From assembly GCA_010093705.1 (NCBI GenBank), contig MU006118.1, positions 16,859-80,858 on the forward strand: a stretch of DNA of 64,000 nucleotides, written 5' to 3'. This stretch comes from Patellaria atrata CBS 101060 (Eukaryota). The notes under the pieces were generated by a model. That model searched no databases and had not been told where the DNA came from. It worked only from the letters and a program-made list of their open reading frames with translations. Shown here piece after piece: positions 50,147-64,000 of this stretch. The translations under genes and the position numbers were made by a program. Numbering within the stretch: position 1 is the stretch's first letter; each line of letters starts with the position of its first letter.

Positions 50147-51619
<1,473 letters not shown>

Positions 51620-52465
51620 TCAAGGTAGTAGTAAAATCTAACACCAAATCTCATATTGAGGTGAAAGTACAAAGTAGTTCTACTGTATAGTATAAGGATA
51701 CCTTTCCATTCAGGGCGTGCGCGGAGCTGGTGGGGTTAGGTTTTCAAATGAAATCATAACAGACGGGAAACGGACACACAGCCTCCTAGTCGGTGTGCAA
51801 AAGAGAATACAATTCGAAAGGCCTTACCAGCTCAATGAACGTACTTCGTCATGCCGTCGGGACCAGATACCGTAAGTACTCTCGAAGGCTAGGGCACTTA
51901 GACTGGATGAAAGAACGGCTGCATTAATGATTAATCGAAGAAGGATTCGAAACGCTATGGACTCGCCTTATAGAAATCAACGAGCCGAAGATTCAAATAT
52001 CAAGTATAACCAAGCCAGACACCGAAAGCAGGTCTAGCCTGGAAGAGAAGTATGAAATACCGACCCTCGAAGCACTGGACCCAGCAACCTGATTGAATCC
52101 TTATGAAATCCGAATGAAACAGAAACGGACCAATACCACAAGGGACTTAGAACTAACGGAGGAAATACAAAAGGGTGGTTTGTATGTTGTCGAAGCGCGT
52201 AATATATGTTGTATCACCACTCCTACAAACTTTACAATCCGCCACTTGTAGCTAAGGCGTCATGTTTCGCCGGTAAAGTCCTTCCTGCTCTTGGTTGCCA
52301 AAGTGCTAAAGATTCAAGGGTGAAATTTCTCTAATTTCAGCCTAAGATCGTACCATCATAAATTGGGAATCATTAAAAAGAATATTACCATGCTCCCAGA
52401 AACCCAGAAATTTTGTTAACTGTCAACAAGCAATCCAACCATCCCGAATCCTATATATATTTCGT

Positions 52466-54859
52466 TTATACAGCGCCGCCTTCATGCCAGATCATCCCCT
52501 CACGGCGGAAGCGGTACTGGAACCTTCCTCTGAGTAGAAGCAGCGACACTACGATAATAATGACGACAGATACGGAACCGCAGATAATCCAGAAATATTG
52601 TTCGGATTTAGTCGTGTCAACGACGCCCTGGAGATTCATGCCGAAGTAGCCGGTGACGAACGAGAGTGGAAGGAATATGATCGTAACACCGGTGAAGACC
52701 AGAACGGCGTTGTTCTGTGAATCTGCCACAATGGCGCGTTCGTTCTGCTCAATCGAGCGAAGTTGGAACAGCTAAGATCTATCAGTATAGAAACCCGAAT
52801 GGCTATCTTCGACCGAAAGCACTTACAGATTCCATGGCCAATCGAGAGTCGAGCAGGAGTCGTTTACTATCCTGAAGGGCATCATCGCAGTGCATTCGTG
52901 CCCACTCAATGCGGAAAAATGATGTTTCGGCCTTCAACAACTTATTCTCGCCTTCGTACAAGCTGCTCTTACTCTCGCGTCGACCGCAGTCGCTGGCACT
53001 CTCATTTAGGAGATCCTCCGCCTCGGCTTTTCGCGCCGAGTCTTCCAGCTGCCGAAGTCTCTCAACTTTTCGTTCATTTATCAATTGAAGGGTGGTCAAC
53101 TCGTCAATACAAGCTAGATATTCCGTCACTTGTTTGACAGATTCGTTCCGTCGGAATTCCTCGTATCGTCGACCTTTCTACTCATGGAACAATTAGCATT
53201 GTGCCTCGACGTAGGGAAAATTCGAGTCACTTACCAGCTTCTCAACCACAGCTTGGTAACCGCTTTGCAATGAGAATCCGTTTCGACCTTGACGGATGTT
53301 ATGTGGAGTGGCCGCAATCTCACTGAGCAGATAAGCCATGAGCCATTCTGGATCCTTCTTGCCCCATGTGCTCGTGCCAGTGTTCCTGAAGAGTGCTACA
53401 ATGAAATTCAGAACTGATGCATCCTCGTCAGATTCGTAATTATGAACGAACTCCCGGTTCTTCGATTGCTCGAGATGGGCGCTAAAATTCTTGTCGAGAA
53501 AATCAACACCGCAAGCAGCCGACATGGTCAAGAGATATCCTGTACAAAATCAACGCCCGAAACTCATGGATTGAGGAGTTTCCAATGACATACCATCGGG
53601 CCTGTGAAAGCACCTGAAAGGACTCCTCACTAAGTGGGCATCCTTGAAGAATGGAAATCCTGATATCGCTTGCTCCCGTACTTTGCCGGGACTCGGCTTC
53701 AAGAAATCTTTAGGATGATGCGTAAGTGCTATACCTTCTCGTAGATGCCATGGAAGATCAGATCGGACCATTTCCCAGTAATTGAATTCTACATCCAGGT
53801 GCTTCGCGCGCCATTCGACGTCTACGCGTAATGAATCACTGAGATGGCCCTTTGCGAGCATATCAAGACCGGCACTGAGCTCTTTATTGGTACCATTGAA
53901 TCTCTTCTCGTACTCCTCCAAGTATAGATATACATTCTGCAGGGTTTCTATCTCCAGTCGATCCCGAAAGTTTAGACAGTCCATCTCAACGTACGGCCAA
54001 CTCGAATGCCTTCCCTGGTTTGTAACGTTTTCCCGGTTAGATTTGAGGAACAGGTCCTCCACAGACTATTGATGATTTGTTAATACAATGTTCGACGTAT
54101 GCGGAAAACTAGACCTACAGAATGCAATAATCCTGTGCCGAGGGGTGCGTGACTGTGATACTGTCAGACTCCTTGATCGGAATTTATATGCAAAGTCCTT
54201 ACATCCATCGTACATCAGCCCAGGTCGGTTTTGTAGTGAAATCTATGGCGGATCAGCGTATGCTGGGCATTCATCCAAATGGGGCAATTACGGTCTTCAA
54301 TCTCATTCAACCCAACCATTTTGAGCTCAGTTTTATTGCGCCCAAGGTCATAAACCATCACCTGCAGATTGGAGCGGGCGGGGAAAAAGTGTGAGGCCAT
54401 GGCGAGAAGTTCCTTAACATTCGGCTGGATGTGTTGTCTGAAAGGGATAGGTCCTGTATGATTGTCGGCTTCGAGCCACTCTATGAGCTTCTTGAGGGTC
54501 GCTCGGTGAACGTCTCCTTCCTTCTCGCGGGATGCCGCGGCTCTGGTTCTCTTCTCTTTCTTCGCCTTGAGTGATGGGTTTTCGGTCCGGTCCCGAACCA
54601 TTGTAAAGATCTGTAGGACATAAGGGGTTGGTAATGGGTCGGGGGGCCCCACGCGGGAATCTTCGTCGGACCCATTCCCCGGTGTTGTAGAGCCACTCGC
54701 AATACTCCTGGAATTAACGACGGCTTCTTTCTTCGGTTCGGGGGGATCAAGATGACCTGGAAATTCGTCCTGGTTGATGGAATCATCGTCCGAAGTTATA
54801 ACTGGAATTGGCGATAGGAAGTTCCTTAGTGGAATGGCGGGAGTCGGAGGGTCTGACAT
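52466..54859 (-). CDS. CorA-like Mg2+ transporter domain protein (multi-exon)
   Basis: The C-terminus has FTGVTIIFLPLSFVTGYFGMN plus a second TM helix. Upstream minus-strand ORFs are separated by short intron-sized gaps. Confidence 0.85.
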
Positions 54860-56392
54860 GGTCCTTTGATATAGCCAGGTATGAAGCCACCTCAGGCGTC
54901 ACAGGACAACGGTTTTTTCGATAGCAAAAGGGACGGTAAGGTAGTCAGTACGGATTACAGCAGCCTTTCTCGTAGGAAAAGCCCAGGCTTATAGCTAGTT
55001 ACACCAAGACGAGGCTGAGGAGGGTAGACTGGGTGGAGCAGCAACACCCGGCATGCCATGCATGTACGAGCACGACGAGTCTGAAAAGAGACCGGCATTG
55101 TCGCTGCCTTCGGGGGGCGAAAATCTAATTTTCAACCAATTGTACAAGCACTACTACTTTATGTGGCTTGAAGGGTATGCCTATGTTGAAACAGAAGGGC
55201 GGGGGAAGCTGAAAAGGAGCGTCTGTCACGGAAATCGGGACTCGGGATGGGTGTGAGGACTTTGGGGGCTAAAACAAAAAACACCATGCAAGCAAGTCAA
55301 TCACCAGATTCCAGAAGCGCCGAAAGGGTCAAGGGATTCTGGCGCCGCTGTTACAGTTTTCGAGAATCTAAATCCATAAAAGTGTTTACAAAAGTAACAA
55401 TTAGCCCTTCACCCTTTATAGAATTGAGCAACATAGAATGACAGAACAGCCAGTGCGACCTCATAGAGAGAGTAATTATTGTATGACCAGGAACGAAGCC
55501 TTCTTCCTGCACCTCTCTCAGAAAAGAAGTGTCAGAAGACATTCGATCCAAGGTGCTCTGTACTAGCTGCAACATCATTAGAGGCAATTCCGTTCTTCTC
55601 AGCACAGCCAGCACAGTCTACCGATGATCTTTGGCATATATGGATGAGCGATAAATGCACGTACTTTGTAAAAGCAGTCGTTATCCTTTTTACAAAGTCT
55701 CCTGCTTTCCCTCCAGGCCCCAGCATTATTGCCGGTGTTAGGTATTTACTTTGTATAAGACAAAGACTTACTACAGTACAGTACCTCTCGTACGAGGCAA
55801 CCCAGAATAATCATGAAATTTCAATGACTTGTGTAGCTTACACTCACAGATTCAGTCTTTAACTCATTATTACCCAACTAATCTGATCCACTTCTCCGCT
55901 TCATCAGCTGGAAAAAGGTATAGAACATGTACAGTAGATCTTTTTTTTTTGAGTACAGGTAGAGCTGAGCCTGTGACGGATACGGCACTCCCACTTTTCA
56001 ATCCCGTCACAAATGTGCGTCAACCTATTCGATGCATAAACACATGGTCTTTCCTTATACCAAAAAAAAAACTCAGAGGGCGGAGGGCGGAACTAATAAA
56101 TCTCAGCTGAAGTTTGCGGGGATAAACGACCCAGATTTTCTTTTCCATAAACAACACCCTGCCTACTCACTCCTACCCCACGGCTCAGCGTCGCGGTTGA
56201 TCTTACCATACCCTGGCAAGCCTGAATCCTGATACAAAGTTCGAGCCACTACTACGGTATCGCGAAATTGGTTACCCTCTGAATAGGTAACTGAACAAGC
56301 TCAAAGTCTGTATCGACGGAGAGTGGTACTCTGTACTGATTGTAACATTGTCGACCAAAGTTACAAATCCCTTCAGTACAAATTACTTTCCA

Positions 56393-57487
56393 ATGACATT
56401 CCCATATGGCCTCCTACTATTACCAACGGCTCCAGAGCCCCCAGATCAGAACACCTTGAGTGTTTGTCTAAGGCCAACATTGGAACACGGCCTTCGAACA
56501 CTTTCAACCGCTTCTAAGGCGATTACCGATTCGCCTAGCTCGTCTCCAATACTCGATGTGGCTCTCCAGTGTCCCGGGTTTGATTCCATTGTAGACACTG
56601 GATTCCTACCCACAGCTCTCTTTCACCGCGTTGAGAAACTACTCTTTGGTGTATACACGCTTGTTTCTTCCATTCAACGAGAGCTTTCAACCCGTTCGAG
56701 CCTTGCCGATAGCATTAAAGTACGTATAGCCCTGTTTGTCAATGACAATCAATTCGGAGGAACACAAAACCGTGCATTCTTGCCTACACCTGTAATACCT
56801 TTGCCCATGATTGCTCGCGCCCGCCGTCCATGGTCGCACGTCTTTTCAATCCACAGTGAACAAGGCGAAAAGCTCTATCAAGAGTTCTTGTGGCATGCAT
56901 TTGGCGAAGGTCGAGTAGGCCCTCGCTGGGATTTTGTAAGGATAGGGGGAGGCCTTTACATGCGAGTCCCCCCCCAAGTTAAAGACTACATAGCGGACTT
57001 GGAATTCTCGAACTCTCATGAGCATTCCGGACACCATCTTGTTGTCTCAGGCTTGAGTGGCCCGGATTCGGATATTCTTTTTAAGGTATGCTTAACGATG
57101 ATGGCGTTCCTTCTGGATGTAAATCCCCCAGATGGCGAGAGTATGAAGTTGCTCATCGCACTTTACGGAAGCGATTATCGTCAGAAGGATACAACTAGGT
57201 GTCGAGAAAAAGCAGTGGAGTTCTTAAGTGCGATTGCAGACTTCACACCTGCTGCCAAACAAACAATTTCAGACCGCGCCTCCGGGGAGGCGAACAAGTC
57301 GATCCTATTCAATGGGCAACACCGCTGCGAAGTCTGGTGTGTTTCGGTACCGATTTTGGAACATGTGGAAGAAACGATCTCGGACAGCACGGCACTGGTA
57401 ATCCCATCTAAGCTGAGGCAGGTCTCTACCATCGGCTCAGAAGTCGACATATTCGAGATTGAGCCGTACAATGAGGGTAGCCAGTGA
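56393..57487 (+). CDS. Divergent homolog of fungal phosphopantetheine adenylyltransferase (cytidylyltransferase-like), catalytic motif apparently lost
   Basis: Block order LLLLP..P / ILDVAL / RPWSHVF...EQGEKL / AVEFLSAIADF / ALVI / DIFEI resembles filamentous-fungal PPAT, but no GGTFDHLHxGH motif is present. The ORF is certain; the family call is tentative. Confidence 0.55.
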   Translation: MTFPYGLLLLPTAPEPPDQNTLSVCLRPTLEHGLRTLSTASKAITDSPSSSPILDVALQCPGFDSIVDTGFLPTALFHRVEKLLFGVYTLVSSIQRELSTRSSLADSIKVRIALFVNDNQFGGTQNRAFLPTPVIPLPMIARARRPWSHVFSIHSEQGEKLYQEFLWHAFGEGRVGPRWDFVRIGGGLYMRVPPQVKDYIADLEFSNSHEHSGHHLVVSGLSGPDSDILFKVCLTMMAFLLDVNPPDGESMKLLIALYGSDYRQKDTTRCREKAVEFLSAIADFTPAAKQTISDRASGEANKSILFNGQHRCEVWCVSVPILEHVEETISDSTALVIPSKLRQVSTIGSEVDIFEIEPYNEGSQ

Positions 57488-57873
57488 ATCAGACATAGCG
57501 GAGTGAGATTCCAGGTATCAAACTGGATCAATGATGCCATGTTTGACTGTACAATATAACACCATATTCCGAAGTTAGAATGATTGCAAACATGCTAGAT
57601 GACCGATGTAGCTGAACTATCAGCTCCTTTTTGAGGCTGCGTTGCTGCCCGTCGGTCAAGAGAAACGCCAGAGTCAGGCATATTGTGAGTGATGGTATGA
57701 TGAATTTACCCTAGGTTTGCTTCAACGGTGAAATGCATGAAGGTACCAAGTTACACTCTCTCAGCTGTTAACATGAACAAACTGAATGACGGCCCCCCTT
57801 GTCTCCTCTGACGGTGTACAGAGACGATGGGAATGATTAGGTAGGACCTTATTCCTCATTTGACGTTCTTCCC

Positions 57874-57909
57874 ACTATACCTCATACTATACCTCATACT
57901 ATACCTCAT
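57874..57909. repeat. (ACTATACCTCAT)3 tandem repeat
   Basis: Three exact 12-bp copies. Confidence 0.9.
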
Positions 57910-58499
57910 TACTACATCTATCGGGCTTTTTACAGGTGTCCCTTTGCTTCTCTATTGGTTGACAATGTGGCACTCAGCACTCTAAGCAACCTTTGTTCAC
58001 TTGGCGTCGCATCCGCCACAACAACTTGTGCTGCACTCCTGCAAGCTTCAGAAGACTATCCAAGGGGCATCCGTGGCATCCACGGCATACCAACTTTTTT
58101 CTCATGCGCCTACTCCGCGTTCTTAACCCAACAAATCTCTGCCGTGTGTTTTGCAAAGATGGTCCGCAGCCAACAAGGTCAGCAACATCCTGCACAGCCC
58201 GCTGTCAGATCGCCGTGAAAATGACTGTGTCCGTACGCTCATTATCACCCTCTTCAGGCTCACAATTTTCCTCCCTCAGACTCGGGCAATCAAGCCTTTG
58301 AACTTCTTTAAAGACATTTTCTTTGCTTGTCTATATCTTCTGCTTTGTTTCTTCTACCAAAAACACTTGGGATTTGCGCATTACGTGCAGTGAAGATTGA
58401 GTTGTCGCCAGGCCTGACATTCGAGTCTGTATTACCATCACGCATTTCTCAAAACCCGGCTCAAAGGTCCGCTTTCGACTACCCCACGTTTTCTAGAGC

Positions 58500-61203
58500 A
58501 TGATGAGTAGCAAGGATGGAGAGCAGATCAAGCATCCAAGTTTACGTAGATCACTTTCAACGGTATGGAAATCTGCCTTTCCTAAACCACTCGTTACGTA
58601 CTCTTTTGAGCCCTCCAACTTGAGGTAAATCTCCTCTTTGGGAATCAAAACGATCAGAATAGGTTGGGAGCCCTGCGAATTCAGCGCCACAGGAACGCTC
58701 ATTCTGAGACCGCAACTATACCTCATGCTATATGCTGCAACCCTCGATGATTTTGGGGTCGGAGAACTAGACCAAATCCAGCTCCGAGCAGACTGCTCAT
58801 GGAGGTGGACTAGCCTAGACTTTCCAGTCTGCTTTCACATTTCGCTGTATTCCCCTCTCATTTGTGTTCCATTTTACACCGGAATTTTTTTTTTTGTCAC
58901 GTTTGACTTGGGTCGAAATTTACCGGAGTGCATGCTTGCTGAAGCCTACTATATAACAGGTTGATCAGCTGAAGTTATCCGCCGGACAAGGGCTATACCG
59001 CCCTAAGAGCTATGGTGCGAGATTAATACCATGACTGAAGCTCTGCCGCCCATATTGAGCTAATACATCTTCAGATGAGTTGCTGAAACTTCTTCCGACT
59101 TTCGTTGTCGATGTCGATAGGACAAGAGCTGTTCTCCTGAAAAGGGAGGACACAGACCAGACTCAACAGATCACTGTTGAGGATAAAGGGCCAAAGGTGC
59201 TTGCGGTTGCCTATCTATGCGGGTCCAGGATTAACTTGTAACAGGTACTCAGCTTACCCACGGCCAGGTCTCGAGGCTTCCGGAAACGTAACGTCGGAGG
59301 TTCGTATTTCCTGGGAAATCTCCTCCAGGAGCTTTCCAGACTTCAGGATGACGGCCTTAAAATGGCAATCATACCGGGACCACGGATATGGGAAGATCCC
59401 GTAGAACGTTTGAACCGTTTGATAGATGATACCTTCTGGGTCAATCTCACCCGGGCGATGGATGGTTCGCTCATCAAGGCTGCAGCTGTGGACCCCAAGG
59501 ACTGGACTCTTAACCCGCGGCCGCGGATATATATCCCTCCCAAGGAAACTCGACAGCTTGAATACTACCGGAAAGTCGCCAAGGAACAGCCAGAGCTAAA
59601 TCTAGACGTCCAGTCATTACCAGTGAATATTACTGTAGGCTTCTACAGACAGATGAATGAGAACCCTGGTGTGCTAGCTCTAGATATGGAAGAAGTTGTG
59701 ACAGAATCAGGAGAGAAAACGCTGAAAGGAGTACCATTTGTTGTTCCCGGTGGTAGATTCAACGAGTTATATGGCTGGGACAGCTATTTTTCCGCTCTAG
59801 GTCTGTTGAGTAGTGGTAGAGCTGACCTTGCCAAGGGCATAGTGAAGAACTTCGTCTTCGAGATTCAACATTACGGCCTCATACCAAACGCAAACAGAAC
59901 CTACTATCTCCTTCGGTCTCAACCTCCATTTTTGACTGATCTTACATTACGGACTTATAACGTGATCAGACACGAACCTGGAGCTAAAGAGTTTCTCCGC
60001 CGAGCAATTCTCGCAGCGATTAAGGAATACAACACCGTCTGGACAACGGAACCACGACTTGATCCAGAGACCGGCCTCTCTAGGTTCAGGCCGGCAGGGC
60101 TGGGTATTCCTTTAGAGTGTGAGACTGAACATTTTAAGCACATCCTAGCGCCGTATCTTAAGAAGCATGACATGAGCTATTCCGAATTCGTGGACGCTTA
60201 TAACAGCGGTAAGGTTAAAGAACCGGACTTAGATACTTATTTCCTCCACGATCGAGCCGTCCGTGAGTCCGGTAACGATGTCTCCCTGCGTCTTGAGCGT
60301 GTTTGCGCGGATATCGCCACGGTGGACCTGAACTCCTTGCTCTACAAGTACGAAACAGACATCAGGGACGCAATCCGGAAGTACTTCGACGACCAACTTG
60401 TCGTGCCCGTAGAATTCTGCGCTCCTGGCCAAGAACCCAACCACGTGGAATCATCTGCTTCCTGGGACCGCAAAGCTAAGAAACGTCAACAGGCGATGAA
60501 CAAGTACCTTTGGAACGAAAAGGAAGGGTATTACTTTGACTACGACACCAATAACCGCAGACAGGGTACCTACCAGAGCGTCTGCACTTTCTATCCACTT
60601 TGGTGCGGTGCCGCCTCCCCACGTCAGGCAGCTTCTGTTGTTGCTAAAGGTCTTCCTCTTTTCGAGCGCATCGGCGGCCTCACCGTCGGAACTGAGATGT
60701 CTCGCAAGGAGCTGGAGTCTGACTGCCATCCCGACCACCAATGGGACTATCCGTATGGATGGGCGCCGCACCAACTGCTTGCCTGGGACGGGCTGCGGCG
60801 GTACGGTTTCCAGACGGTGGCGCAGCGAGTTTGTTATCGCTGGCTGTACATCATCACGAAGGTGTTTGTTGATTTCAACGGCACCGTTTGCGAGAAATAC
60901 AATGTCACGCAAACGATCAACCCACATCGCGTGGATGCCGAGTACGGTAATCAGGGTGTGGATTTCAAGGGGTATGCGAAAGAAGGGTATGTGTTTCTAA
61001 TTCCATGACTCTTCTCTTATCCACTTTCTAAAACCACGATCCACTAACACCCTCCCTTCAGTTTTGGCTGGACAAACGCTTCCTACGCCTACGGGTTGCA
61101 GATCCTCTCTGTGGCCCAGAAGCGCGCTCTCGCCACCGTTACGCCCTGGGAGATCTTCGCCGGTAAAACGGGCCTCAAAGCTGAGGACGAAGATACGAAA
61201 TAA
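58500..61203 (+). CDS. NTH1: Neutral trehalase (GH37) with N-terminal Ca-binding-like domain; divergent
   Basis: Motifs EDTDQTQQITVEDKGPK, PFVVPGGRFNELYGWDSY, NANRTYYLLRSQPPFL, QWDYPYGWAPHQ, EKY, AEYGNQG and EGFGWTN (after the last intron). The first exon, 58500-58562, is inferred from splice signals. Confidence 0.93.
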
Positions 61204-62022
61204 TGTAATCACGGGCAGTACGTCTCGTATGAACTTATGAATATACGTCGGTGGTATGATTGTTTAGGGGATTTCTTTGTCATTTGGGGCTGTGTTGAAT
61301 GTGTGATTGTATGAATCTGAGCAGGGAAGGGCGGGCAAAGGGATCGATAGGGGTCTCTGATGTGGTGTGATGTGATGTGTTCAGGTGTGATAAGTCATGA
61401 CGTTTGAATATAAGGAATATAAATGTGAAAGAGGAATGTACGGTATTGGAGATGCGTGATTGCGGTCATGGTGATGTTTCTGATACTGTCGTATTATCTT
61501 CGATGCCTCACCAGGGGAACCTTCTACGCCGTACTGGGATTCTAAATTACGGTACAGGGCAAACTACCTAGGAACTAGAGCGTATGCAGGGGGCAGGTAA
61601 AGGTGGGTATAAAAGTTTTATAGACGTACTTGTAAGGTAATAGTAACTGCACCCTTGGAATATAATACTTGTTCTCAGAAGAAAAGATCTACTTTCGCAT
61701 AACATTGACGGATCTCCTGATCCAGTCGCAAGGAACCCCTACTTCAAACAGACTGAAGTGGAGAGTATTCAAGATGAGACTTTTGCCACCTCATAACGAG
61801 CAAGCTTAAAGTCACGCCGTAGCCCAAACCGCGCCCTCAGATCTCCTTCTAACGGTAAAAATTCCACAGCAAAAGAATCATTAATCGCAAACAACGCATC
61901 ATCGTTCATATGCTCATCCCTTTTATCAAAGGTCTGTCCGACAAGCTGCTTATACCCCAGTGCATCCATTCTATTCTAGGCCAAAGAAGAACCGCTTCAG
62001 ACTGGACTTTACAGAAAACGGC

Positions 62023-62358
62023 CTAGAGATATGTCTTATTAGTAAGTGATAGAAAATGCATACATGGGTCTACATATTTCGGCATACGTTCGCATTCCTC
62101 AATATGAGTGTCAATTTTCTCGTCCATAGCTTCGAATTGTAGTTGAAGGTGAGCGCTCATTGCTCCAAACTTCTTTTGGGACACACTCCCTTGGTAGGTG
62201 GTGTAGGCGATGCCGATAAGCGTGCATATGGCTAATCTATTGCTGAAGGGGGAGGTCTTGGGACCGCGCCGTGATCGTTGAGATATGTTTTTAAAGTGCA
62301 CGATGAACGAGAGTGTGCGAGGATGCAGCATATTGTTGCAGACGGTAGGCAGTTGCAA
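62023..62358 (-). CDS. Possible small hypothetical protein with one hydrophobic segment
   Basis: 111-codon ORF with GTATGC/CTAAT/TAG intron-like signals near its 3' end; no recognisable domain. Confidence 0.3.
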   Translation of the reverse strand: MQLPTVCNNMLHPRTLSFIVHFKNISQRSRRGPKTSPFSNRLAICTLIGIAYTTYQGSVSQKKFGAMSAHLQLQFEAMDEKIDTHIEECERMPKYVDPCMHFLSLTNKTYL

Positions 62359-64000
62359 GTAGATGATAGCGTTTCATGGTGAAATTTGCTATTTGATAAA
62401 GTTGGTTCGATGAGATATTGTAAGGGATAACCTTGAGGACGCAAAAGAAGAGCCTGGAGGGTAGCATTATAAGTATGAGGTGTTGTTTGTTATGAAGGAA
62501 AAGTAGAAACTGTGATGCAGATTAGAAGATATTTTTTAGAGTAGATGTTATGTAGTCAAAAACCTTGGACCCTCCAACCGTAAACCGTGGTAAGGAGGTA
62601 ACACATATTCCTCGGGGGACTCTGGCTCCTTCATCTGGGCTCAAAGACCTGGTGATCCTCTCAACACCTCAGTAACGACCGATCTGCGACGATGGTGTCT
62701 CCCATTTCACGCCTGGGGGTATCTTTCCGCTAGAAGGGGCCCAGGATTGCAGTTGCAGTTTGGGCGTCGGTGCGGAAGAGGTGAGGATGTGACGAGGGAG
62801 GTTAGGCCTGAGATGTCAGATAGGAGTTGGCTTTCTCGTCTCTACGCTCGTCTAACATGCGTCCTATTTCTTTGAGCTTGGGGGCTTTCCGTTACTGAGT
62901 CTGGATATTGATTGATGAACCGAGTGATGATGTGTGGTACTTCATACCAGCTCTAAGCCGGCGCCCCATTCTTCCACTGTGAGTTAGTTTTCTCGGGCGA
63001 AGTCGTGGAGATGGTGTATCAAGTTTGCCATGCCATTACTTGTCGCATTTGAGGGGAAGCTTTCGGGGATGTGGTATTGATAACTGATTGGGTGAAATTA
63101 GAATCATGATTATGAACGAGTGTTTGCTTTATACGATTAGCAAAGTCGTCTGAAGACATGCTGGATCTTTAAGAGTATATAAGAAGGTCAACTGCTGTAT
63201 GGGTAAGCTCTTGGTGTGCTGTACAAACTACTCATGAGGTATCACTATCCTTGTAAGGAATCTGTAAGCAGGGTGATGCTATGTAATGTTTACTCGTCAA
63301 CTCAAGAGATGGTTGACTTCAGTATTGGGCGAGTAGAAGTATAGCAGCTTGAGTAAGGGTATATCTAAATGAATACTGATTGATATGATTCTACATCACG
63401 TGCGCCAAGCAGAACCATTTGAACCTCCACTCCAAAAGTTCCAGGCTCATGAACAATGGAGGAACACACATAGCAGCGATACACATTCCACCAGTTCACA
63501 ATGTCTTCGGGATTCGGGTTAAATGGAGGTACGTTCCAAAAGAGTCCGATTGTCTCGGCCCCTACCCTACCTCCGAATGTCTCTTTCTAGAGTCCAGCCA
63601 TTTCCTAATCGCGTCTAACTGCTCCTGCAACGCTGACTATCAAAACCTCTTACGGTGCTCCTGGGGATGTGGTAAACCTATTGACTAATTAATCGATCAA
63701 CGTCACTAGGCCCTGGCCGCTGCTTTCCTTTCTGGCAGGAAGTCCTCGCCTGCTACGTCACAAACACCTCCGCCGAAGACACGTCCGGGAAGTCGAAATG
63801 TGCTCCGGCGTTGGAGGACTATTATGAGTGTCTGCATCATAGGAAAGAGGTATATCATATCCAATTTCTTTCGTCCCAATATCCCCCGGGAATGACCAAT
63901 AGTTCGCCATTCGAATCACCAGCTCAACCCAAAACTCAAACATCTCTCCCGATATCGACAGCACCAGAAATTTAACTTAAGAGTGTTTGAATGCTGACGT

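Noticed and set aside
63700..63964. Possible DJ-1/PfpI relic (LLVIPG/.IGTKE across a frameshift)
   Set aside because: Only one short motif is present and the nucleophile-elbow Cys motif was not found.

Overview
This is a filamentous ascomycete (Pezizomycotina-like) genomic window: genes have GT-AG introns with CTAAC/CTGAC-type branch sites, and the repeats carry RIP-like C>T/G>A scars. Positions 1-~9.6 kb are accessory. They hold the tail of an NLR-type TPR gene, a nest of three degraded pogo/Fot1 DNA transposons, a GliC-like P450 pseudogene and a secreted phospholipase A2. In the nest, one transposon has intact TIRs and a TA TSD, another carries a solo LTR with a 5-bp TSD, and a TTAGGG tract sits at a junction. 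The rest is mostly ordinary genes: a C2H2 zinc-finger protein, a Nudix hydrolase, a P-loop ATPase divergent from CLU1, a ferric reductase, a DUF2985-like membrane protein, a CorA-domain protein, a divergent PPAT-like protein and a neutral trehalase. It also contains a GH13 pseudogene and a 953-aa orphan ORF. The oddest non-coding feature is a short array of 30-bp hairpin-containing repeats spaced 64-69 bp apart, which spans an assembly gap (41.9-42.3 kb). All family calls come from motif recognition by eye; no searches were run, and I cannot confirm a new biological system from sequence alone.
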